Source of the DNA: Blastocatellia bacterium
GTDB lineage: Bacteria; Acidobacteriota; Blastocatellia; UBA7656
Length of the DNA: 64,000 nucleotides
Reading direction: 5' to 3'
NCBI GenBank assembly: GCA_963765495.1
Contig: CAVXWP010000016.1
Span: 160,001 to 224,000, forward strand
How positions within the stretch are numbered: the stretch's first letter is position 1; every line of letters begins with the position of its first letter. The notes under the pieces are model-generated. The model was given only the letters and a program-made list of their open reading frames with translations, was not told where the DNA came from and did no database searches. This document shows, one piece after another, positions 20,694 to 29,474 of this stretch. Made by a program: the position numbers and the translations under genes.

Positions 20694-22319
20694 ATGTCTC
20701 TAAAACTATTAATAAGAAACACCGAAACAGGACAGGTAACCGAGAACGTATTGTCTGCCCCCGAAGTGCGGATAGGCCGGTCAGCCGAATATAACGACAT
20801 AGTGCTTGACGACTCTCAGGTCTCGCGCCGACACGCGATGCTACAGCGACTGGGCAGTTCATACATGCTTGTGGACCTAAACAGCGCCAACGGCACCTTC
20901 GTTGACGGTGAGCGGATCAAAGACCGCATCCTCAACGACGGCAATTCGTTTTCAATCAGCAAGTACACGCTCACATACAAGAGCGAAGGAGCGGTTGCCG
21001 TCAAATTCGACAACCAGCGAATCGGCAACACCGTACTGCTGCGCAACCCGGAACAGGTCGCGGCAAGTATAGCGCAACTGGATAAGTCTGTTATCTCTGA
21101 AGCCGCGGTTGATTCCAAGGACTTGCTCGAAGACATAGAAGCGCTCAGGAAAAAAGCGGAAACGCTGTCGCGCCTCTACGAATTGAATCAGATGCTCGGG
21201 TCGGTCTTTTCGCTCGAAGACATATTCAAGAAAGTAAGCGAGATGTTGTTCCGTCTGACGCCGGCCGACCGTTTTCTGGTTCTGTTGAAAGACACGGGCA
21301 CGGGCAAGCTCTCTCCGGTAGCCACGGAATTCCGCATACAGGCGGGCCGGTTGATAGCCGGTGACATATCGGTCTCTCAGACTGTGATGGACCGCGTCTT
21401 AAACGAGCGAATGTCGCTGCTCTCCTTCGATGCGCAGGGCGATGAGAGGTTGAAATCGTCTCAGTCCATCATCATGCAGAATATCCATTCGGTTATGTGC
21501 GCTCCTTTGCTTGGCAAAAACGGCGTGCTGGGTGTCGTCTATGTCGATTGCCTGCAAATCATTCAGACCTTTAAGGAAGACGACCTTGAATTATTGAATG
21601 CGCTCGCGGCTGAGACCGCCATAGCCGTCGACAACGCCATAACACACGAGCAACTGGTCAGAGAAGCCCTGGCTCGCGCTACCTATGGCCGCTTCATGCC
21701 CAAGCACGTGGTTGATGCAATACTGGCCAACCCCGATCAGATAAGCATGGGAGGGTCAAACGCCCTCGTTACCATGCTCTTTTCCGACGTTCGCGGATTC
21801 ACAAGCATGTCTGAGAATCTGCCGCCTGAGACCGTAGTCCAGATGCTTAATGAGTATTTTGGCGATATGGCTCCAATTGTATTCGAGTATCAGGGTTTGC
21901 TCGACAAGTATATCGGAGACGGTTTGATGGCGCTCTTCGGCGTGCCTTATCAAAACGAAAAATCTGCCACAAACGCCGTGGCCGCCGCCGTAACCATGCA
22001 ACGCCAGATGGAAAAGGTAAACAAAGAACTAACGAATAGAGGGCTTGCTGAAATCGCCATCGGGATAGGCATAAACACTGGAACGGTGACGGTCGGCTAT
22101 ATAGGTTCGGAAGAGCGGACCGATTATACCGCGATTGGCGACGCGGTCAATCTGGCTGCGCGATTGGAAAAAGAAGCGGGCCGAGGTCAGATAATAATCA
22201 GTTATTCCACGCTCGAAGCAATCGGAGACGGCTTTCCCGTAAAGCCAAAAGGCGAAGTGCTTGTAAAGGGGAAGCGAGAAGCGGTTAAGATTTATGAGGT
22301 TCTCTGGCAGGAGGCCTGA
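20694..22319 (+). CDS. FHA-GAF-class III adenylate cyclase
   Basis: IGR..VSRRHA..SANGT; SVMCAPL..GVVYVD (GAF). FSDVRGFT, DKYIGDG and YTAIGDAVNLAARLE (Lys/Thr indicate ATP specificity). Confidence 0.92.
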   Translation: MSLKLLIRNTETGQVTENVLSAPEVRIGRSAEYNDIVLDDSQVSRRHAMLQRLGSSYMLVDLNSANGTFVDGERIKDRILNDGNSFSISKYTLTYKSEGAVAVKFDNQRIGNTVLLRNPEQVAASIAQLDKSVISEAAVDSKDLLEDIEALRKKAETLSRLYELNQMLGSVFSLEDIFKKVSEMLFRLTPADRFLVLLKDTGTGKLSPVATEFRIQAGRLIAGDISVSQTVMDRVLNERMSLLSFDAQGDERLKSSQSIIMQNIHSVMCAPLLGKNGVLGVVYVDCLQIIQTFKEDDLELLNALAAETAIAVDNAITHEQLVREALARATYGRFMPKHVVDAILANPDQISMGGSNALVTMLFSDVRGFTSMSENLPPETVVQMLNEYFGDMAPIVFEYQGLLDKYIGDGLMALFGVPYQNEKSATNAVAAAVTMQRQMEKVNKELTNRGLAEIAIGIGINTGTVTVGYIGSEERTDYTAIGDAVNLAARLEKEAGRGQIIISYSTLEAIGDGFPVKPKGEVLVKGKREAVKIYEVLWQEA

Positions 22320-22413
22320 TGAGTTTTGAGTTTTGAATTTTGAGTTTTGAGTTTTGAGTTTTGAGTTTTCCTGATTCACAGAATTCAAAACTCAAAATTC
22401 AAAACTCAAAACT
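22320..22413. repeat. Inverted heptamer arrays (tgagttt)x7 / (aaactca)x4 between convergent genes
   Basis: Directly visible tandem arrays in inverted orientation, filling the gap between the two stop codons. Confidence 0.85.
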
Positions 22414-22416
22414 ATT

Positions 22417-24045
22417 TCAAGCGCCGGCCGCGTTTCCCAGACCGAAGAATTTTATTATCCGGGCGAAGATGTCCTTCTGCGCGTGGCCCATGCGACTGGC
22501 CGTGGCTTCGGCATCAAGCCCGTCGCGGGCCGCTTCGTATTCCGTTCGGCGTCGCGCAAGCACATGAGATATATACTCGGCTATCTCGGGGCGCTTGAGC
22601 AGGATGTCGTGAAAGGCTTCTTTGTCCAGCCGGTAACATTCCACGTCTTCGAGCGCCATAACCGTAGCCGACCTCTTTTCCCCGGTCATCAAAGACATCT
22701 CTCCAAAAAAATCTCCGGGGTGCAAAACGGCAAGGCTGCGAGTCTGTCCGCTCTCAATCGAAAGAGTGACCTCCGCCACTCCTTCCGTGATGATGTAGAG
22801 CCAGTGTCCTTCGGCTCCCTGTCTGGTAATCGCCTCGCCCTTTGTGAACGGAGCGGGGACGAGTCGCTCGGCAAGCACCCGGCGCTCTTCATCGCTCAGA
22901 GTATGGAACAGGTCTACACCTGCAAGCGCGGCAAGACGACCCTCGATCTCGCGTTCCTGTTTTCTGCCCCTTCGCTTCTCGGTCTCTTCTGTGACAAAGA
23001 CGCTCTGCGCGGGGATAGAGAGCGGAATCCCGGCGCGTTTGAGCGCGAAATATATCCGCGTGCGAACTATGGAGTCGGTCGGGTCATCCACGGCCAGGTC
23101 GGTCAGCCAGTACCGCGCGGCATAGTAACAGAAACTCTCTTTGAAATCATAAAGTATGCAATGAATCTTAGGCTCGGCGGCGACCCGCTCTATCGGTTCG
23201 GCCTGGAGCGCCTCGTTTACTATCGAGATGACCTGGGTCGGCGGGACGCGAAAGTCCACGTTGAAATAGACCCACTGGCGATGCTGCGTAGCCTGCCCGG
23301 TCCTGCGGCCCAGCACCGTGACCTGCCCTTTCATCAACATGCTGTTTGGGAAAATGATCGTGTCCCAGTTGCGCGTCTCAATCGAAGTGTGCCGCCAGCG
23401 TATCTCTTTTACCTTCCCGACATTTTGATCAATCTTCACCCAGTCGCCGACGTTTATAGTCTTTTCCAGTTGCAGTGCCAGCCCGCCCATGATGTTGCCA
23501 AGCGTATCCTGAAGCGAAAAGGCGATCACAGCCGTCAGCACCGCCGATGTCGTGATTATGTCTGAAAGACTCAATCCCCCGTGCCAGAGCAACCCCATTC
23601 CAACCATGATATAGCCTAAGGCTACAAGCAGGTCGCGGAGTATTCGAGGCGTGTGAACATGGATCAGATTGAGCAGGATATCGAATATGAATATGCTCGC
23701 AAGATTTACGATTGCAATCCCGCCTATCAACAGCCCCGTGTTGAGAGTAAAGTTGCTGGACGATTTTGCTCCACTCGATTCGAACAGGCTCGATGCCGAA
23801 ATCAGCACAAGCGCCAGCAGGAAAAACCAGCTTGCCGCCCGAATGCGAGAGCGCGCGGCAGGCACATATTTCACAAGCAAGATCGCGACTACGGCAAACG
23901 TCGCGGTCACAGGCAATACGTTGTGTTTGGAATAGACGGCGCGCAAATCGTTCCAGAGGCTCGATAGATTCAGCCCTGCGGAGTCTTGCAGAACGGCAAT
24001 CGTAAGAAGGTAAAACGGTTTCTGAAGAGAGACGAAAAAATCCAT
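22417..24045 (-). CDS. MscS-family channel with C-terminal cNMP-binding domain (bCNG-like), extra N-terminal TMs
   Basis: VIAFSLQDTLGNIMGG, VGDWVKI, PNS motifs; GDFFGEMSLMTGEKRSATV. Confidence 0.92.
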   Translation of the reverse strand: MDFFVSLQKPFYLLTIAVLQDSAGLNLSSLWNDLRAVYSKHNVLPVTATFAVVAILLVKYVPAARSRIRAASWFFLLALVLISASSLFESSGAKSSSNFTLNTGLLIGGIAIVNLASIFIFDILLNLIHVHTPRILRDLLVALGYIMVGMGLLWHGGLSLSDIITTSAVLTAVIAFSLQDTLGNIMGGLALQLEKTINVGDWVKIDQNVGKVKEIRWRHTSIETRNWDTIIFPNSMLMKGQVTVLGRRTGQATQHRQWVYFNVDFRVPPTQVISIVNEALQAEPIERVAAEPKIHCILYDFKESFCYYAARYWLTDLAVDDPTDSIVRTRIYFALKRAGIPLSIPAQSVFVTEETEKRRGRKQEREIEGRLAALAGVDLFHTLSDEERRVLAERLVPAPFTKGEAITRQGAEGHWLYIITEGVAEVTLSIESGQTRSLAVLHPGDFFGEMSLMTGEKRSATVMALEDVECYRLDKEAFHDILLKRPEIAEYISHVLARRRTEYEAARDGLDAEATASRMGHAQKDIFARIIKFFGLGNAAGA

Positions 24046-24075
24046 CCGGGTCAGCCCCTTTGCCTGATCGTTTAA

Positions 24076-25509
24076 TTAACCGAGTTTGAAGAATCGCTGA
24101 ATGCGGCGCAACACGGTCTCTCTTTGCATGCGTTTTTCGCTTTCAGGGACACTGTGCGCATATTCGGCGAGACGCGCCTGCCGGTCGGCGATCTTGTGAG
24201 AGAAAGCCTCGACCAGTTTGTCATTCTCGTTGAACAACTGCTCGATGGCCTGCTTTCTTATTTCGAAGATCTCGACTTCTTCCAGGGCGTTGACATCCGC
24301 CGTCCTGGGTTCGCCCGTGAAAAGCGCCATCTCTCCAAAGAAATCGCCCGCTGCAAGCACGGCCACGCGCTGAGATTGACCATTCGAACCCGAGACTTTA
24401 ACCTCGGCCTTGCCTCGATAAATTATAAACATCGAATCGCCTTCATCGCCGCGATGCAGAATCTCTTCGCCGGGAGCATAAATGTATCTGGCCAGCGAAT
24501 GGGTCAGCACAGTCCTCTCTTCATCCGTGAGCGGCTCGAAAATTTCTACCGACCGGATCACCTTATCATAGTCGGTCTCGTCGCGCTTCACCTCTACCTT
24601 CTGCCTCTCAAACAGGACGTGCCGCACGGGGAAGGGGATATGCAGATCGTTGCGGCTGAAGAGATACCATATTCGCTCTCTGATTTGCGCATCCATATTC
24701 GGGGTCCACATATAATCCTTGACCCAGTAGAGGACTTCATAGGTTACGCTCGATTCCGAAAACTCGTGGATACGCACAACGGGGATTTTTTCAGGCGAAA
24801 CCCTCGGCATAGTGCGGACGGTTTCGCGCACAAGCGGGATCACCTTTTGCGGGGGGGTCGCATAAGGAGCCGGGAACCGCAGCACGCGCCGGTTGAGGCC
24901 GTGCAGCGGGTATATTTCAAGCGGCTCGCGCGCGATCTTGCTGTTTGGGAATATGATGACGCTGTTGTTGTTTGTGCGAATGGCGGTCGTGCGCCATGTT
25001 ACCGATTCCACCTTGCCGAGCATATCGCCCATTCGAATCGCGTCACCGATGTAATAAGGCTGCTCGACGTGCAACGACAACCCGGCAAAGAAATTTCCCA
25101 GCGTGTCCTGTAATGCGAGACCGATGATAACCGTGACGACAGCCGATGTTGCGAGCACTCCGCTCAGGTCTTTCTTAAAGACAAAGCTATAGATGACAAC
25201 AAAAAGCGCCGAATATCCGATTATCGAAATCACAAGGCGAAGCAGTGCGGGCGCTTCGCGTCCCTTTCGCTTCTGAAAGATTATGTCAAACAGCACATAG
25301 CTTACGGCTCGGACTACTGTCACGCCGATGCTTATGACCAGCACCGTTTGAAAGTACACATAGCCCTGGATATCCATCAAGCCGTGGGCAAAGAGTCTGA
25401 GGATGATATAGATCAGGCCCAGCAGCAGGCTGACGGTAGCCGTCACTGTCAGCCTTTTCAGCGCCGAATTAGAGTCTTCCATTGCCTGATTGCTCGTCAT
25501 CTCATTCAC
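24076..25509 (-). CDS. Second MscS-family channel with C-terminal cNMP-binding domain (bCNG-like)
   Basis: IGLALQDTLGNFFAG, IGDAIR, PNSKI; GDFFGEMALFTGEPRTADV. Start abuts or overlaps the glk stop. Confidence 0.92.
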   Translation of the reverse strand: MNEMTSNQAMEDSNSALKRLTVTATVSLLLGLIYIILRLFAHGLMDIQGYVYFQTVLVISIGVTVVRAVSYVLFDIIFQKRKGREAPALLRLVISIIGYSALFVVIYSFVFKKDLSGVLATSAVVTVIIGLALQDTLGNFFAGLSLHVEQPYYIGDAIRMGDMLGKVESVTWRTTAIRTNNNSVIIFPNSKIAREPLEIYPLHGLNRRVLRFPAPYATPPQKVIPLVRETVRTMPRVSPEKIPVVRIHEFSESSVTYEVLYWVKDYMWTPNMDAQIRERIWYLFSRNDLHIPFPVRHVLFERQKVEVKRDETDYDKVIRSVEIFEPLTDEERTVLTHSLARYIYAPGEEILHRGDEGDSMFIIYRGKAEVKVSGSNGQSQRVAVLAAGDFFGEMALFTGEPRTADVNALEEVEIFEIRKQAIEQLFNENDKLVEAFSHKIADRQARLAEYAHSVPESEKRMQRETVLRRIQRFFKLG

Positions 25510-26491
25510 AGGTTCCGGCTTTTAGCCGGGCCGCCACGCGCGCGGCTCCAAGAAGCGCCGTCTTGTCGTTCAAGATTACCTGCACGCGCATGCTGGCAAG
25601 CAGCGGAGTCAATCGCCCCTTTTCCATGAAGGCTCCGATAAAGGTCCCGTCCTTGATCTTTTCGATGAGTTTCGGAGCTATGCCTCCGCCGATGTAAACG
25701 CCTCCGACGGCCTTTAGCACCAGCGCCATATTGCCCGTAGTCGCCCCGTATATGCTGACGAATGTGTCGAGCGCCTTTACGCATAACTCGCATTCGTGAG
25801 CGAGGGCCGCGCTTGCGATGACGCCGCTCGGGTCTTCGCGCGTCATGCGCTCGTTTACAGCGGGCGATTCCTTGCCGTAATTCACGGATAAAAGGAACTG
25901 GTAGATGTTAAGCAGACCCGGACCCGAAAGCACTCGCTCTACGCTTACGCGCCCAAACCTCGTCATAAGGTAGCGGAGCAGTTCGATCTCTAAAGCATCG
26001 CGCGGCGAAAAATCTATATGCCCGCCTTCGGAGGCGGAAGGGTAGTAATTCTCTCCGTTCCAAAACAGGCTCGCCACACCAAGCCCCGTGCCCGCCGCCA
26101 CAAGCACCGCATTGCCCTTTATTGCCGCCCCCTCGTTGAGCGTGAGCATCTCTTCGGGTTTGACCGACGCTATCCCATAAGCGGTCGCCTCAAGATCGTT
26201 GATAAGTCCGACCGTTTCAAGATTCAGGCCCCGCGCCAGAGCGTGCGAATTGACTACCCAGGGCAGATTGGGCGTTATTGATTGCCCGTCCACCACGGGT
26301 CCGGCCACGCCGAAACATGCGTCCTGCATCTTTTCGCTCACGTCTGCCATAAACTCGCCGACTATCGCTTCGAGGCCGACATAATTCTTGCTTCGAAAAC
26401 TCTGTTGCCTTTGCAGACGCAGAGCCCCCGCCTCAACCTCAAACAAACCGAGGTTTGTCTTTGTGCCTCCAATGTCACCGGCCAGGATCAT
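25502..26491 (-). CDS. glk: Glucokinase
   Basis: AGDIGGT, GVAGPV, INDLEA, GTGLG, SEGGH, ERVLSGPG, YIGGGIAP. Confidence 0.95.
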   Translation of the reverse strand: MILAGDIGGTKTNLGLFEVEAGALRLQRQQSFRSKNYVGLEAIVGEFMADVSEKMQDACFGVAGPVVDGQSITPNLPWVVNSHALARGLNLETVGLINDLEATAYGIASVKPEEMLTLNEGAAIKGNAVLVAAGTGLGVASLFWNGENYYPSASEGGHIDFSPRDALEIELLRYLMTRFGRVSVERVLSGPGLLNIYQFLLSVNYGKESPAVNERMTREDPSGVIASAALAHECELCVKALDTFVSIYGATTGNMALVLKAVGGVYIGGGIAPKLIEKIKDGTFIGAFMEKGRLTPLLASMRVQVILNDKTALLGAARVAARLKAGTCE

Positions 26492-26663
26492 TCAAACTCT
26501 CCTAACAACAGCCAACAGCGCGCAGTTGGCTCGAAGTAGTAGTCTGAAAATCCACAACAAGAAAATAGCCACAACAAGAAAATAGCAGGGCTTTTCTTTT
26601 GACTTTGTCTACCACTACTTCTGACAGCCGACAACGCGCTGACAGCCGAATATTGTTTCTCGC

Positions 26664-27809
26664 TCAGGAGCGATTTAGCGCGCCAAAAAGCTCTCCGGCC
26701 GAAGTCACCGCCTGTTCATACACGCGGTCGTGGCCGAGAATTTCCAGCTCTCTTGCTATCAACGCGCTTTCGCTCCAATCATCATAATTGAGGACTCGTT
26801 GTATCTGCCTCTCCTCGCCGATGGCGGCAAGAGTCTCGATGCGGTTCCCATCGCCACTCCGCCTCACGACAAAGGAGGCCGATTCATCGGCCGCGCTCGA
26901 AAACGTAGCCCTGGCCAGACCCGGCTTGATACCGGGGTCGCTTATCGAAACAAACTCAATCGTGATGTTGCGCCCGTCTGCAACCATATTGTAGATGGTC
27001 GAGTTATCGCCCGATGTGGGTGCGCCGTCTGCCAGATGCCAGCCCAGACGGCTTGCGATCCACCCGGCCAGCAACGCCGCGCGGGGTGTCACTTGAGCGC
27101 TGTCCCCGGATGCAGGCGCGTATTCGATCACCACTCGATTCATCTGATCAAGCAGAGGCCGGTACTGAGGCACATCGTAAAAACTTGCGACCAGCGCCCG
27201 CCACGCAGTGAGTCTCGCCCAGTTCAAATCGCTGATTGCGGTCCAGCGCGGGCTGTCTCGCAAAACGGCCGCGAGACTCGCCATATCTTCCTGCGGATTT
27301 GCGAAATCCGCCGAATCGATGATCACCCGATCCGAAACCTCGACCAGACGTTTGAATATTCGATCCCCGAGTCGCGGGACCGCGTTCCACCACAGATAGA
27401 CAGGCAGATCCGAAAGCAGAAGCGGGACCACGACGCTCGGCACTTCATTGATCATCTCGCCCGTGGCAGTGATCGTGACCTGCTCGCAGCAGACCTGCTT
27501 CGAGCTTCCGGTAGGAATCGTACAGCGCGATGTCACCTGCGCGTTTATCGAAGAGTCTTCGCTTTCCCGGTCGCTGACGATCAGGATCGCCCGCGACGGA
27601 TGAGTGGCAGTGACATCTATAATACAGTCATCGGCCTTTGTGAGTTCAGCCTGACTGGGAACGTAAACCAGCAGGTTTAGCAGGCACGCTCGCGTAATCC
27701 CGCTATGCTCGTCTTCGCTCGCGGCTTTCCATAAAGAGGTCAACTCACGCTCGATGGTCGCTATGTTGACCCCGGAGGGTTGCTTTGGTTGTTCAGATAC
27801 CGTGTTCAT
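26664..27809 (-). CDS. opcA: Glucose-6-phosphate dehydrogenase assembly protein OpcA
   Basis: HPSRAI, CCEQV, LLLSDLPVYLWW, VIIDS, DLNWARL; directly downstream of zwf. Confidence 0.92.
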   Translation of the reverse strand: MNTVSEQPKQPSGVNIATIERELTSLWKAASEDEHSGITRACLLNLLVYVPSQAELTKADDCIIDVTATHPSRAILIVSDRESEDSSINAQVTSRCTIPTGSSKQVCCEQVTITATGEMINEVPSVVVPLLLSDLPVYLWWNAVPRLGDRIFKRLVEVSDRVIIDSADFANPQEDMASLAAVLRDSPRWTAISDLNWARLTAWRALVASFYDVPQYRPLLDQMNRVVIEYAPASGDSAQVTPRAALLAGWIASRLGWHLADGAPTSGDNSTIYNMVADGRNITIEFVSISDPGIKPGLARATFSSAADESASFVVRRSGDGNRIETLAAIGEERQIQRVLNYDDWSESALIARELEILGHDRVYEQAVTSAGELFGALNRS

Positions 27810-27823
27810 AACTCATCCCTTCG

Positions 27824-29362
27824 TTACGGTCTTCGCCATCGTCGTCCGTCTCGCTCCATAAGCTCATCCGAGGCAGCCGGTCCCCACGTGCCTGATTCAT
27901 AGTTTGGGAAGTCCGTCGGTTTTTGCTCTTGCCAGTGTTCGAGGATAGGCATGACGATCTCCCATCCGCGTTCGGTCATATCGCGGCGCGCATAGAGGGT
28001 CGAATCTCCGAGTATGCAATCGAGCAGGAGTCGCTCGTATGCTTCGGGAGATGCTACGCCAAACGATGCGCCGTAGCGGAAATCCATGTCGACCCATCGT
28101 ATGCGCGTGGCCTGGCCGGGAACCTTTGCGCCTATTCGCAGCGTGATTCCTTCGTCGGGTTGGACGCGGACTACCAGCACATTTGGCTCAAGCTGTTGCG
28201 TGGCCACATCTTTGAATAACAGGTGCGGCGCTTCTTTGAACTGGATGGCGATCTCGGTCACGCGCTTTGGCATGCGCTTGGCCGAGCGCAGGTAAAAAGG
28301 CACGCCCGCCCAGCGCCAGTTGTCGAAAAATAGCTTCACGGCGGCGTAGGTCTCGGTGCTCGACTCGGGGTTTACATCCTTCTCGTCGCGATATGCCTTG
28401 CCGGATTTGCCTCCGACCGAGCCTTCTCCATACTGGCCGCGCACTACGAATTCATCCACGCGGTCGCGCGGTATGGGCCGGACCGCCTGCATAACCTTTA
28501 TCTTTTCATCGCGCACGGCGTTTGCCGAAAGATCCATAGGCGGCTCCATCGCCACAAGCGACAGCACCTGAAAGACGTGATTTTGAATCATGTCGCGCAG
28601 GACGCCGCTCGTGTCATAGTACCCGCCGCGATCTTCGACGCCGATTGCCTCGGCATTTGTTATCTGAACATGGTCTATGTACTGCCGGTTCCATATAGGC
28701 TCGAATATGCCGTTTGCAAATCGGAAGACCATGAGGTTCTGCACCGTCTCTTTGCCGAGATAGTGGTCGATTCTATAGACCTGATCTTCATCGAATACCT
28801 CTCCCACTTCCTGATTCAGTTGTTTTGCGGATTCGAGATCGTGGCCAAACGGTTTTTCGATGATTATGTGGGTCCATCCCTTGCCTTCGGGTTTGGCAAG
28901 GCCGGCGGCACCAAGCTGGCGAACGGCCTCGCCGTAATGGCCCGGCGCGGTCGAAAGATAAAAGACGCGATTTCCGGCCGTGCCCCGGTCGCGGTCTATC
29001 TGGTCGAGCAGTTCGCTCATCTGGCGATACGCCTCTGCGTCGCTTATATCGCCGGCAATGTAATAGAGCCCTTGAGCAAAGCTCTCCCATACGGCCTCGT
29101 CAACGCTCTTGGCTTCGGAGTAGGTGGCAATGGCATCCTTCATTTTAGCCCGGAAGTCGTCGTGGCTCATCTTCGAGCGCGAGAATCCGACTATTGCAAA
29201 TTCTGCCGGCAGCAGCCTCTCTTGCGTCAGGCGATAAAGAGCCGGGACGAGCTTGCGTTTTGTCAGGTCGCCCGAAGCGCCAAAAATTATAACGGTGCAA
29301 GGGTCGGCCGTGCGTTCGAGCCTCACGCCTTCGCGCAGGGGATTATCATTTGTGCTAGACAT
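27824..29362 (-). CDS. zwf: Glucose-6-phosphate 1-dehydrogenase
   Basis: FGASGDL, EKPFG, YRIDHYLGKE, RDMIQNH, RWAGVPFYLR. Confidence 0.97.
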   Translation of the reverse strand: MSSTNDNPLREGVRLERTADPCTVIIFGASGDLTKRKLVPALYRLTQERLLPAEFAIVGFSRSKMSHDDFRAKMKDAIATYSEAKSVDEAVWESFAQGLYYIAGDISDAEAYRQMSELLDQIDRDRGTAGNRVFYLSTAPGHYGEAVRQLGAAGLAKPEGKGWTHIIIEKPFGHDLESAKQLNQEVGEVFDEDQVYRIDHYLGKETVQNLMVFRFANGIFEPIWNRQYIDHVQITNAEAIGVEDRGGYYDTSGVLRDMIQNHVFQVLSLVAMEPPMDLSANAVRDEKIKVMQAVRPIPRDRVDEFVVRGQYGEGSVGGKSGKAYRDEKDVNPESSTETYAAVKLFFDNWRWAGVPFYLRSAKRMPKRVTEIAIQFKEAPHLLFKDVATQQLEPNVLVVRVQPDEGITLRIGAKVPGQATRIRWVDMDFRYGASFGVASPEAYERLLLDCILGDSTLYARRDMTERGWEIVMPILEHWQEQKPTDFPNYESGTWGPAASDELMERDGRRWRRP

Positions 29363-29376
29363 TCTCTCACTCCCTC

Positions 29377-29474
29377 GATTTTGGATTTTAGATTTCCGAT
29401 TTTAGATCATAGGATTCCATCTCCTATAATCCTCGGTCGTCAATCTAAAATCCAAAATCCAAAATCTAAAATCT
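29377..29474. repeat. Inverted heptamer arrays (gattttr)n / (aaaatcy)n between gnd and zwf
   Basis: gattttggattttagatttccgattttagat ... aatctaaaatccaaaatccaaaatctaaaatcta. Abuts the gnd TAG stop. Confidence 0.8.

Noticed and set aside
22320-22413. Tandem arrays as a CRISPR array
   Set aside because: 7-bp units with no unique spacers, and no cas genes nearby.
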